Origin: Candidatus Azambacteria bacterium RIFCSPHIGHO2_02_FULL_52_12
GTDB taxonomy: Bacteria; Patescibacteriota; Minisyncoccia; GWC2-36-17; WO2-46-25
Reading direction: 5' to 3'
Length of the DNA: 35,700 nucleotides
Assembly: GCA_001775835.1 (NCBI GenBank)
Contig: MEYP01000001.1
Coordinates: forward strand, 7,732-43,431
The first letter of the stretch is position 1; every line of letters starts with the position of its first letter. The notes below the pieces were generated by a model. It ran no database searches. It saw only the letters and a program-made list of their open reading frames with translations, and had not been told where the DNA came from. Both the position numbers and the translations under genes were made by a program. Below are positions 23,993-32,032 of the stretch, piece by piece.

Positions 23993-25775
23993 ATTTCTTC
24001 TTCTCGATTTCTGCTTGCATCTGCGCGAGCAGTTTTTTTGTTTTGAGGGGGCCTTTGTCTTTTCCTTTGGTGCGCACGGCGACCGATTGTGATTTCACCT
24101 CTTTGTCGCCGATGATGAGCATGTAGGGGATTTTCTGCTTCTCGCCTTCGCGGATTTTCTTGCCGATCGTTTCATTATCGTCTTTGAGTTCAACACGAAT
24201 GCTCGCTTCCGCGAGAAGTTTATAAACTTCCTTCGCGTATTTTTTATGTTTTTTCCCAATCGGCATCACCCACGCCTGCACGGGCGCAAGCCACAGCGGA
24301 AACGCGCCCGCGAAGTGCTCGATGAGGATGCCCATAAAGCGCTCAAGCGACCCGGAAATGGCCCGATGAATGACGACGGGGCGCTCTTTTTCTCCTTTAT
24401 TGTTGGTGAAAGAAAGGTTAAAACGTTCAGGCAGATTGAAGTCACACTGAATAGTGGCAAGCTGCCAAGGGCGTCCGATGGCGTCTTTGAACATAAAATC
24501 AAGCTTTGGGCCGTAAAAGACCGCTTCACCTTCAACGCGTTTGTAGTTAAGCTTGTTGTATTTTGCGGCCGTTTCCAGCGCGTGTTCTGCCGCCGTCCAT
24601 GCTTGCTCCGTGCCGAGATACCCGCTCTTGTCTTCTCCACGGACGGAAAGAGAGACCCAGTAGCCGTCCATCATACCGAAAGTCTTGTAGAATTTCTTGA
24701 TGATTCCGACAATGGTCGATACTTCTTTTTGGATTTGGTCGACACTGCAGAATAGATGCCCGTCATCCTGCGTAATAGACCGGACGCGGGTGAGCCCTCC
24801 CAGTTGTCCCGATTTTTCGTCCCGGTAGACGGTTGCGGGTTCGAAATAACGCACCGGCATATCGCGGTATGAAAACTGGTTGTCCGCGAAAATCTGCATG
24901 TGATGAGGACAGTTCATCGGTTTCATGATGAATTTTTCTTCTTTGCCTTGCACCCGGAAAAGCTCATCGCCGAATTTTTCAGCATGCCCCGACGTGATGT
25001 AGAGGTCTTCCTTGGCGATGTGCGGCGTCCAAACATGCTGGTGGCCCTTTTCTTTGTGCAGTTCCCAGAGGAATTGTTCGATGCCTCGGCGAACGATGGC
25101 GCCTTTGGGCTGGATAAGCGGCAGGCCGGCTCCGACAAGAGGGGAAATGGTGAATAGTCCGAGCTCCTTGCCTAGTTTCCGATGATCTCGTCTCTGCGCT
25201 TCAGCTTCGAACGTCAGATGACCATCCAATTCTTTTTTGGTCGCAAACGCGACACCGTAGACGCGCGTGAGCATGGCGTTTTTTTCGCTTCCCCGCCAGT
25301 ACGCGCCCGCGAGTTTTGTCAGCTTGAACGCGTCGGGTTTTATTTCCCCAGAATGTTTCACGTGGGGCCCCTGGCACAGGTCGGTGAAGCGTCCTGTTTT
25401 ATAAATGGAAACGACGTTTTTCCCTTCCTGCTTGAGGCTTTCATCCACGGAGGTGGCGCCTTTCGTTTCGATGTCTGAAATAAGCTCCAGTTTGAAGGGT
25501 TGGGACGCGAACAGTTCACGCGCTTGTGCAATGGAAATATTTTCTTGCATAAACGGCAGATTTTTCTTGATGAGCGCGCGGATCTTGTTCTCAAGCGCGG
25601 GGAGCTGGTTTTCAGAGATCGGCTTGGTCGTGAGGATGTCGTAGTAAAACCCGTTTTCAACGACCGGTCCGACGCCGAGCTTCGCTCCCGGGTCCTGTTC
25701 GAGCACGACCGACGCTAGAAGATGGGCGAGGGAGTGCCTGATTTTGTGTAAATCGTCATTGTGCATATACAGCAT
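23991..25775 (-). CDS. thrS: Threonine--tRNA ligase (second ATG at 25766 is the more likely start)
   Basis: Editing-domain HSLAHLL, class II motifs HRKLGKELGLF and MNCPHH, C-terminal anticodon-binding domain. Confidence 0.95.
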   Translation of the reverse strand: MLYMHNDDLHKIRHSLAHLLASVVLEQDPGAKLGVGPVVENGFYYDILTTKPISENQLPALENKIRALIKKNLPFMQENISIAQARELFASQPFKLELISDIETKGATSVDESLKQEGKNVVSIYKTGRFTDLCQGPHVKHSGEIKPDAFKLTKLAGAYWRGSEKNAMLTRVYGVAFATKKELDGHLTFEAEAQRRDHRKLGKELGLFTISPLVGAGLPLIQPKGAIVRRGIEQFLWELHKEKGHQHVWTPHIAKEDLYITSGHAEKFGDELFRVQGKEEKFIMKPMNCPHHMQIFADNQFSYRDMPVRYFEPATVYRDEKSGQLGGLTRVRSITQDDGHLFCSVDQIQKEVSTIVGIIKKFYKTFGMMDGYWVSLSVRGEDKSGYLGTEQAWTAAEHALETAAKYNKLNYKRVEGEAVFYGPKLDFMFKDAIGRPWQLATIQCDFNLPERFNLSFTNNKGEKERPVVIHRAISGSLERFMGILIEHFAGAFPLWLAPVQAWVMPIGKKHKKYAKEVYKLLAEASIRVELKDDNETIGKKIREGEKQKIPYMLIIGDKEVKSQSVAVRTKGKDKGPLKTKKLLAQMQAEIEKKK

Positions 25776-25804
25776 ATACTAGCAAAAAAGCGCTTGCTTT
25801 TCAA
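25776..25804 (-). promoter_or_regulatory. Candidate thrS promoter
   Basis: Minus strand: TTGAAA (25804-25799), 17 nt, TAGTAT (25781-25776), 9 nt to ATG 25766. Confidence 0.45.
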
Positions 25805-25888
25805 TAAGTGGCAAAGAAACTCTTTGAGTTTTTTTGAAACAATAACGGAACGATTGAATAAGTTAATGCCTGTGCCTAACGAGGGGGG

Positions 25889-25916
25889 TTGACTTTCTTT
25901 TTTGATGTGGTATGCT
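25889..25916 (+). promoter_or_regulatory. Candidate promoter of the 25998 ORF
   Basis: TTGACT, 16-nt spacer ending in TGg (extended -10), then TATGCT (25911-25916). Confidence 0.4.
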
Positions 25917-25997
25917 TAAAAAGTAATTAAAGAAGCTCCTTTTATCAATAAATAAGGGGTCAGGAACTTTCACTTTCTTTCATGGGGAGGATGGAAG

Positions 25998-26414
25998 ATG
26001 ACGCATGTTGCGGGGCAGGTGGCAGAACAGGTACAGGAAGTTTTGATGCCGTTGTGGAAGATTTTTGCCATAACGGTTCCAATCGGGCTGGCGTTGGCGA
26101 TTACCCTCGTGTTGCTGATTTTGAAAGTCATCATCCCGCTTCACGCCGGGGAAGCGCGGGTGGTGCGGTACGGAGACGGGTTGTTCCATCTCAAGTGGGT
26201 GTGGCGGGATGCGACAACGCTCTGCCATCATTGCCGGAAGCCGATGTATTGCTTCCAGCAACAGAAGGAGAAGGAGCACAACGTTGTGAAGAATTTCCTG
26301 TGCATCGCGACCGACTGTGAAGCGTCCGGGCGCGGGGTGGTGTTGATGGAGACGTATCTTGACTCCGATCCCCATGCTCAGATTGTCCCTGCCATGGTTA
26401 GGCGGAAGACCTGA
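25998..26414 (+). CDS. Hypothetical membrane-anchored Cys-rich protein
   Basis: SD GGAGG 7 nt upstream. One TM helix. CHHC...C and C...DC suggest a small Zn-ribbon-like domain. Confidence 0.5.
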   Translation: MTHVAGQVAEQVQEVLMPLWKIFAITVPIGLALAITLVLLILKVIIPLHAGEARVVRYGDGLFHLKWVWRDATTLCHHCRKPMYCFQQQKEKEHNVVKNFLCIATDCEASGRGVVLMETYLDSDPHAQIVPAMVRRKT

Positions 26415-26432
26415 ATGCCCTTTATTCTGTGA

Positions 26433-26474
26433 CGCCTCGCTTCGAGAATCTTCGAAGCGAGGCGGTTTTTTTTT
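26433..26474 (+). terminator. Rho-independent terminator, overlapping the dnaE stop
   Basis: CGCCTCGCTTCGA gaatct TCGAAGCGAGGCG (13 bp), G, then nine T. Confidence 0.8.
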
Positions 26475-29400
26475 AAGAGAGTACCTTAACAGTGCTCACG
26501 ATAAGCTTGTAGGCGTCGTTGCGAAAATCAACCTTGCCCGACACGAGCACCACGGCGTCTTCCTGCCAGACGTCTTTCGTCTTTTCAAGCGTGTCGGGGA
26601 ATATCACCACTTCGATCTTGTCTTTAAAATCTTGCAGGTTGGCGAACGCCATGACCTGCCCTTTTTTGGTCATGATCTTTTTCACGCCCGAAAGCATGCC
26701 GCCCACCTTCACCGTTTTGCCGATGATGTTGCTTGAGATATGGCTGATGGGGGTTGCCTGCTTTTCCAGAACCGCCCTGTACTCGGAAAGGGGGTTTCCC
26801 GAAACGTACAGCCCGAGCAATTCTTTCTCCCATTGCAGTTTTTGTTTTTGCGTTGCCGGCTCTGTCGGGCTCAAGCGCAGAGCATCGAGCTTGACCGCCC
26901 CTCCGTCAAAAAGCCCTTGCTGGTTGCTTGCGATGTTTTTTATGTTTTCCCGCGCGAAAGAGAGGAGCGTTTCAAGGTTGGCGAGGATCCGGTTGCGCTC
27001 GCCCAGTTCGTCGAGCGCGCCGCATTTGATAAGCGCTTCCATGGATTTTTTGTTGAGGTCTTTGTGCTTGGTTCTTTTGATGAAATCTTCGATAGAAGCA
27101 AAGGGTGCGTCACCCCGTGCGCCGATGATCGCCTCCACGATCGCTTCGCCGACGTTTTTGACGGCGGTGAGCCCGAAGCGTATTTCTTTATCGGATACGA
27201 CGGTGAACGTCGCGAAGCTTTTGTTGATGCTCGGCGCGTCCGTGTTGATGCCCAGGCTTTTCGCTTCCTCGACCAGAAACGCGACGCGCTCCACGTCGGC
27301 GAAGTCGGACGTCATGAGCGACGCGATGAACTCGGCGGGGAAGTGCGCTTTCAAAAACGCCGTCTGGTACCCGATGAGCGCGTAGGCGACCGCGTGCGAT
27401 TTGTTGAAGCCGTAGCGGTCGAACGGTTCGATGAGCTTCCAGATCTCGTTCGCGGTTTTTTCGGCGACGCCGTTTTTCACCATGCCCGCGATGAGCTTGT
27501 TCTTCTGCTCTTCCAAAAGCGACTTGATCTTTTTGCCGATCGCTTTGCGGAGCGTGTCGGCTTCCGGCAGGGTGAAGCCGCCCAGTTCCTTTGCGATTTC
27601 CATGACCTGTTCCTGATAGATCATGATGCCGTAGGTGTTTTTGAGGATGCCCTCCATGCGGGGATGGACGTACGTGATGGGATTCCTGCCGTGCTTGCGC
27701 GCGATGAATTCGGGAATAAGCTCCATGGGGCCGGGACGGAACAGCGCGACCATGGCGACGACATCATCGAACGCGGTCGGCTTGAGCTCTTTGAGGTAGC
27801 GCTTCATGCCCGCGGATTCGAACTGGAACACGCCGGTGGTGCGCGCGTCCTGGAAAAGCTTGAGCGTTTTCTTGTCGTCGAGCGGGATCTTGTCCATGTT
27901 GACTTCCTTGCCGTGCTTGATCTTCACCAGTTTCAGCGTCTGCTCGATGATGGACAGGTTCTTCAGGCCGAGGAAATCCATTTTCAAAAGGCCGAGGTCT
28001 TCGATGGCGTGCATTTCATACTGCGTGACGATCTGTTTCGCGCCGTTTTGCGCGGAGTCGCTCGAGGCTCCCATGTCGTCCTGCGAGCGGGTCGCGTATT
28101 GCAGGGGAACGGTTTCGTCCAGCCGGTCGCGCGAAAAGACGACCCCGCAGGCGTGCGTGGAAGCGTGGCGCGCGACGCCCTCGAGCTTCCGTGCCGTGTC
28201 GATGATCGTTTTAGCGTCCCGGTTCGCGTCATACAGCATTTTGAGCTCCTGGACGTCTATCATCGCCTGGTCGAGCGTCGAGCCGAACGGGATGAGCTTA
28301 GCTATTTTGTCGCAAAAGTCGTATGCCATACCCAGCGCCCGTCCGGTGTCGCGCACCGCCGCGCGGGCGGCCATCGTGCCGAAGGTGATTATCTGCGCGA
28401 CATGGTCCTTGCCGTATTTGTTGGTGACGTATTCAAGCACCTTGTCCCTGCCGGTGTCCGCGAAATCAAGGTCGATATCGGGCATGCTGATGCGCTCGGG
28501 GTTCAAAAAACGCTCGAAAAGAAGGTCGTATTTGATGGGGTCGACGTTGGTGATGCCCAGAATATAGGAAACGATGGAGCCGGCGGCCGAACCGCGTCCC
28601 GGTCCTACCACGATCTTGTGTTCTTTCGCCCAGTTCACGAAATCCTGCACGATGAGAAAGTACGAAGCAAAACCCATTTTTTCAATGACGGAAAGCTCGT
28701 AGTCAAGGCGTCGGCTTACATCCTGGGTTATGGGATCGTAGCGCTTGCCGGTCCGTTCGTCGCAAAGCGTGTGCAGATATGAATTCGCCGTTTCGCCTTC
28801 GGGGACGTCAAAATGAGGGAGCTTGATCTTGCCAAGCTCGATCTCGAGATTGCAGCGTTCGGCGATCTTCACCGTGTTTTCGAGCGCCTCTTTGGGGTAA
28901 GGGAACGTTTCCCACATCTCTTCCGGGCTTTTGAGCGAAAAGTCGTCCTGCCGCATCGAGACGCGGTCGCTTTCCCCCAGCCGCGCGCCCGTCTGCACCG
29001 CCATCAGGGTATCCTGCGCTCCCGCGTCTTCTTTTTCGATGTAGTGCGCGTCGCAGGTCGCGACCAGCGGCACGTCGAATTTTTTCCCGTATTCGATGAG
29101 CTTCGCGTTCACGTCGTCGAGTATCTTCATGGCGGGATGATGCGCTATTTCAAGATAGAAATTCGACGGCCCGAAGATATCTTTATATTCTTGCACTAGT
29201 TGTTCCGCGAGCTCGAAATTGTGCCCGGCGATGGCGCGGGGGATCTCTCCCGACAGGCATCCCGACAGCGCGATGAGCCCTTCGCCGTACTGGCGCAACG
29301 CTGCTTTGTCCACGCGCGGCTTGTAGTAGAATCCCTCGAGGTTGGCCTGCGTGATGAGCTTGACGAGGTTCTTGTATCCTTTGTTGTCCTTGGCGAGTAG

Positions 29401-29667
29401 CACGAGGTGGAACCGCTTGTCGTCGATGCCCTGCTGTTTGTCCCGCATGCCCCGCGCGGCGACGTACACCTCCGAGCCGATGATGGGCTTCACACCCTGT
29501 TTTTTCGCCGTCTTGTAGAACTCGATGGCGCCGTAGAGCGACCCGTGGTCGGTGAGCGCGAGCGCGTCCATGCCGAGCGCTTTCGTTTTCTCCACCAGCT
29601 GGCCGATTTTCGAGAGCCCGTCTAAAAGGGAATAATGGCTATGTGTATGGAGGTGAACAAATTTCAT
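26473..29667 (-). CDS. dnaE: DNA polymerase III alpha subunit
   Basis: PHP start MKFVHLHTHSHYSLLDG. 1064 aa with polymerase core and C-terminal OB-fold region. Confidence 0.95.
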   Translation of the reverse strand: MKFVHLHTHSHYSLLDGLSKIGQLVEKTKALGMDALALTDHGSLYGAIEFYKTAKKQGVKPIIGSEVYVAARGMRDKQQGIDDKRFHLVLLAKDNKGYKNLVKLITQANLEGFYYKPRVDKAALRQYGEGLIALSGCLSGEIPRAIAGHNFELAEQLVQEYKDIFGPSNFYLEIAHHPAMKILDDVNAKLIEYGKKFDVPLVATCDAHYIEKEDAGAQDTLMAVQTGARLGESDRVSMRQDDFSLKSPEEMWETFPYPKEALENTVKIAERCNLEIELGKIKLPHFDVPEGETANSYLHTLCDERTGKRYDPITQDVSRRLDYELSVIEKMGFASYFLIVQDFVNWAKEHKIVVGPGRGSAAGSIVSYILGITNVDPIKYDLLFERFLNPERISMPDIDLDFADTGRDKVLEYVTNKYGKDHVAQIITFGTMAARAAVRDTGRALGMAYDFCDKIAKLIPFGSTLDQAMIDVQELKMLYDANRDAKTIIDTARKLEGVARHASTHACGVVFSRDRLDETVPLQYATRSQDDMGASSDSAQNGAKQIVTQYEMHAIEDLGLLKMDFLGLKNLSIIEQTLKLVKIKHGKEVNMDKIPLDDKKTLKLFQDARTTGVFQFESAGMKRYLKELKPTAFDDVVAMVALFRPGPMELIPEFIARKHGRNPITYVHPRMEGILKNTYGIMIYQEQVMEIAKELGGFTLPEADTLRKAIGKKIKSLLEEQKNKLIAGMVKNGVAEKTANEIWKLIEPFDRYGFNKSHAVAYALIGYQTAFLKAHFPAEFIASLMTSDFADVERVAFLVEEAKSLGINTDAPSINKSFATFTVVSDKEIRFGLTAVKNVGEAIVEAIIGARGDAPFASIEDFIKRTKHKDLNKKSMEALIKCGALDELGERNRILANLETLLSFARENIKNIASNQQGLFDGGAVKLDALRLSPTEPATQKQKLQWEKELLGLYVSGNPLSEYRAVLEKQATPISHISSNIIGKTVKVGGMLSGVKKIMTKKGQVMAFANLQDFKDKIEVVIFPDTLEKTKDVWQEDAVVLVSGKVDFRNDAYKLIVSTVKVLS

Positions 29668-29911
29668 AGTGGAGGCCTGCCCAGCACCTTTCGCTTCAGC
29701 AAAATGGTGCGGGGTGGACGAATTTCATTCCGGTAGAGCAACTTCCAGAGCCCAACGCCTTCCGGCGACGACTCGCGAAGCGCACGCTAATGATCTGCGA
29801 CCGCGTTGTGTACTCATAGAGGCATCTTAGGCGTTGGGCAAGCACGTGTTCTTCTCCGCCTGCCTCCATAAGCGGCACAAACGGACACAGGAAGTTGTAT
29901 TACCGGATCAT
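29668..29911 (-). promoter_or_regulatory. Structured ~240-nt leader (or independent RNA) upstream of dnaE
   Basis: Closing helix 29729-29745 / 29890-29906 (14 of 17 positions pair). 10-bp perfect pair 29750-59 / 29830-39 crosses the 9-bp helix 29816-24 / 29861-69. No SD before the dnaE ATG. Confidence 0.4.
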
Positions 29912-29917
29912 GCTACA

Positions 29918-29945
29918 ATCCTAACACACAAAAGCGTTGTTTCAA
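29918..29945 (-). promoter_or_regulatory. Candidate promoter directly after the upstream stop codon
   Basis: Minus strand: TTGAAA (29945-29940), 16 nt, TAGGAT (29923-29918), tgtagc, ATG 29911 (opens only ATG ATC CGG TAA). Confidence 0.45.
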
Positions 29946-29954
29946 GCGATGGGT

Positions 29955-31403
29955 TTAACGCACCGCTTCTCCCTCCGCATACGCATTGAGTTCGGTTTGA
30001 TTTACCGTTGCAACCTCCGCATAGACTAAGCCCAGTTTCGTAAACGCCGCTTCGGTGCTGACCCATCGTTTCTGATTGTTTTCGATAAGATACACCTTTT
30101 GGCTGGTCGAAAGCTTGATAGCTCGGACGGTGGGATACGAATCTAAAATGCTCGTGCCAATTGTTTTCACGTTCTCCCATTTGTTGTTGTAAGAGTTAAA
30201 CACCGCAAGAGAGGGGATTGGTTTTTTCAGTCCCGCCGGGGTGATGTAGTAAATCACAGAACTGCCCGCTGTTTTAACCAGTGAACCGGATCCCGGACGC
30301 ACCAACGGCGCGGCGCCGGAGAGTTCCGCATCTTCCAGCGGCGATCCTTCCTGGTAATAGTCCCGTTCTTTGGCGTTGATAATGAATACTTGGTTCCATG
30401 AGTAGCCAAACTGGGTGAATCGTTCTCCCGCAATATTCATCCATCGCTTCTCTGCAAGTCCCTGCCGCTCATCAAGCTCTTTGAGGGAGAATACGCGGGT
30501 ATCGCCGTCAGCGCGATAGAAGTCTGATGTTTTCAAGCTGTCCATGGTTTGCTGGTCGAGCGTCTTGATCTGATCCCATTTGAAATGACCATACATGGAA
30601 AAGACGGCGGGATTGAAGATATGCCTTCGGTAGCCATGCTGATTAACGATGTAGACTTTGATACCATCAGGGCCTCTCACGAGGTCGCCTTCACGAACTC
30701 CTGAAGGAAGATTCGTGGATTGGACGAAGGAAGAAGCTGAAGGCGTCGGAGCGGGAACAGGAGCAGCTGTAGGAGTCGGGGTTGGCGCGACAGAACCGCC
30801 TCCGCCACCACCGGAAGAAGGCGCAGGGGAGGGGGCCGAAGGCGCGGGAGAAGAAACAGACGACGTGAGCGTATAATTTCCGTTTGTCACGGCCGTAAGC
30901 GCATCGGCGCCCGCGCTTGCCACATTGGCATCGGTAGTCCCGCCCGCAGCGAACGTAAACGTGACCGCGGCAACACCCGGAGCGCGCGCTTTGAAACGCG
31001 CCGTCGCAAGCGTACCGCTCCCGCTGAATCCCGGTCCGCCAATGTTGGCGATCTGCGAAAACGATATGCGGCCATTTGTCGCGTCCGCCACATTCACAAT
31101 GGTCTGCGGCATAAGCGAGCCCGGCGCGATTTGCACTCCCGCAACTGTAGCATCATCATCCTGCACCTCCAAAAGCGAAGGGTTGTAGTTCAGGTACAAA
31201 ATATCAACGCCCGCCACGCCGAGTGACTGCGTATTCAAAAGCAACGCGACGGGAAAAATATCGCCCACCGTTCGGGAACCGGAGCTCGGCGACAATGAAA
31301 GAGTCGCGGCGGATGCTGGAACCGCGCGTCCCGCAAAAAGCAGGACCATTCCCGCCGCAACAAAAGAGAATATGATTTTACTTGATAATGACATGGGTGC
31401 CAT
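29955..31403 (-). CDS. Secreted cohesin-domain protein with P/S/G linker and four C-terminal ~55-aa repeats
   Basis: Signal peptide ...AVPASA|A. Cohesin-like pattern VGDIFPVALLL..VAGVDILYLNYNPSLLEV..GRISFSQI..GSGTLATARFKARAPGVAAVTFTF (nt ~30864-31307). Linker contains GGGGGG. Confidence 0.7.
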   Translation of the reverse strand: MAPMSLSSKIIFSFVAAGMVLLFAGRAVPASAATLSLSPSSGSRTVGDIFPVALLLNTQSLGVAGVDILYLNYNPSLLEVQDDDATVAGVQIAPGSLMPQTIVNVADATNGRISFSQIANIGGPGFSGSGTLATARFKARAPGVAAVTFTFAAGGTTDANVASAGADALTAVTNGNYTLTSSVSSPAPSAPSPAPSSGGGGGGSVAPTPTPTAAPVPAPTPSASSFVQSTNLPSGVREGDLVRGPDGIKVYIVNQHGYRRHIFNPAVFSMYGHFKWDQIKTLDQQTMDSLKTSDFYRADGDTRVFSLKELDERQGLAEKRWMNIAGERFTQFGYSWNQVFIINAKERDYYQEGSPLEDAELSGAAPLVRPGSGSLVKTAGSSVIYYITPAGLKKPIPSLAVFNSYNNKWENVKTIGTSILDSYPTVRAIKLSTSQKVYLIENNQKRWVSTEAAFTKLGLVYAEVATVNQTELNAYAEGEAVR

Positions 31404-32007
31404 GCGCCTTTTTCAGGAGATCTTTCCCGAAATAGGCGACATTTGAATCAATGATCGACCCTTCTTCAAACACGAACGTCATCTTTGCGGTTCCCGGCGC
31501 GCGCGCCGTAAACAGAAGCGCCGCGACAGGCCCCTTTTCCCGCATCTCCTTCAGCGGTTTCGCGAGAGCGGTGAAAAAAACATCTCCGCTTTCCTCGTTC
31601 ACCTTTACATAGGGGAAAATATCAAAAATGGAATCATCTGTTTTCAGGTACGCATCCGCGCCGTCGCCTTTTCCCGTGCGTTGTATCGCAAGCAAAAGGG
31701 GATCATAGCGCAGTACTACGTCAACTCCGGCGGCCTCTTTTCTTCCGCTGTCAAGCATAATGCGCACTATCACCGGATCTCCCGCCGCATATTCCTCCTT
31801 GTCCGCAACCAACGAGAGCGTCACCGGCTTTCCCTGTAAGGACAAGCCTCTCAACGCGCTTGTTTCACTGATATCCACCACCGCAAACGCCAACGTTACC
31901 GCAATGAGCCCTGCGGCCCCAAACCCCGCGAGAAACACAAGGGACATAAAGAACCAATTTGTCCTGCCAAACATCATCTTTTCAATTTTGCTTTTTTGTT
32001 CACTCAT
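31378..32007 (-). CDS. Membrane-anchored cohesin-domain protein
   Basis: N-terminal TM helix WFFMSLVFLAGFGAAGLIAVTLAFAV. Cohesin-like GDPVIVRIML..AAGVDVVLRYDPLLL..GDVFFTAL..VAALLFTARAPGTAKMTFVF. Overlaps the start of the next gene. Confidence 0.65.
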   Translation of the reverse strand: MSEQKSKIEKMMFGRTNWFFMSLVFLAGFGAAGLIAVTLAFAVVDISETSALRGLSLQGKPVTLSLVADKEEYAAGDPVIVRIMLDSGRKEAAGVDVVLRYDPLLLAIQRTGKGDGADAYLKTDDSIFDIFPYVKVNEESGDVFFTALAKPLKEMREKGPVAALLFTARAPGTAKMTFVFEEGSIIDSNVAYFGKDLLKKAHGTHVIIK

Positions 32008-32032
32008 AATTTCATGCTAGAGCGCTTCTTAA

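Noticed and set aside
25776-25997. T-box or other riboswitch leader upstream of thrS
   Set aside because: The promoter-like hexamers sit directly against the start codon, leaving no room for a leader. No T-box (AGAGA / specifier / T-box sequence) features were seen.
26740-28782. 680-aa ORF on the plus strand, plus the ORFs 26519-27385 and 27806-28567
   Set aside because: They lie antisense to dnaE, whose frame has unmistakable PHP/polymerase motifs over its full length. The antisense products are low-complexity (R/G/D/V-rich), with no motifs and no start signals.
29696-29878. 60-aa minus-strand ORF in the dnaE upstream region (ends ...MKFVHPAPFC)
   Set aside because: No SD or promoter-proximal start. 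It is embedded in strongly self-complementary sequence that is better explained as structured RNA. The MKFVH resemblance to the DnaE N-terminus is only 5 residues.
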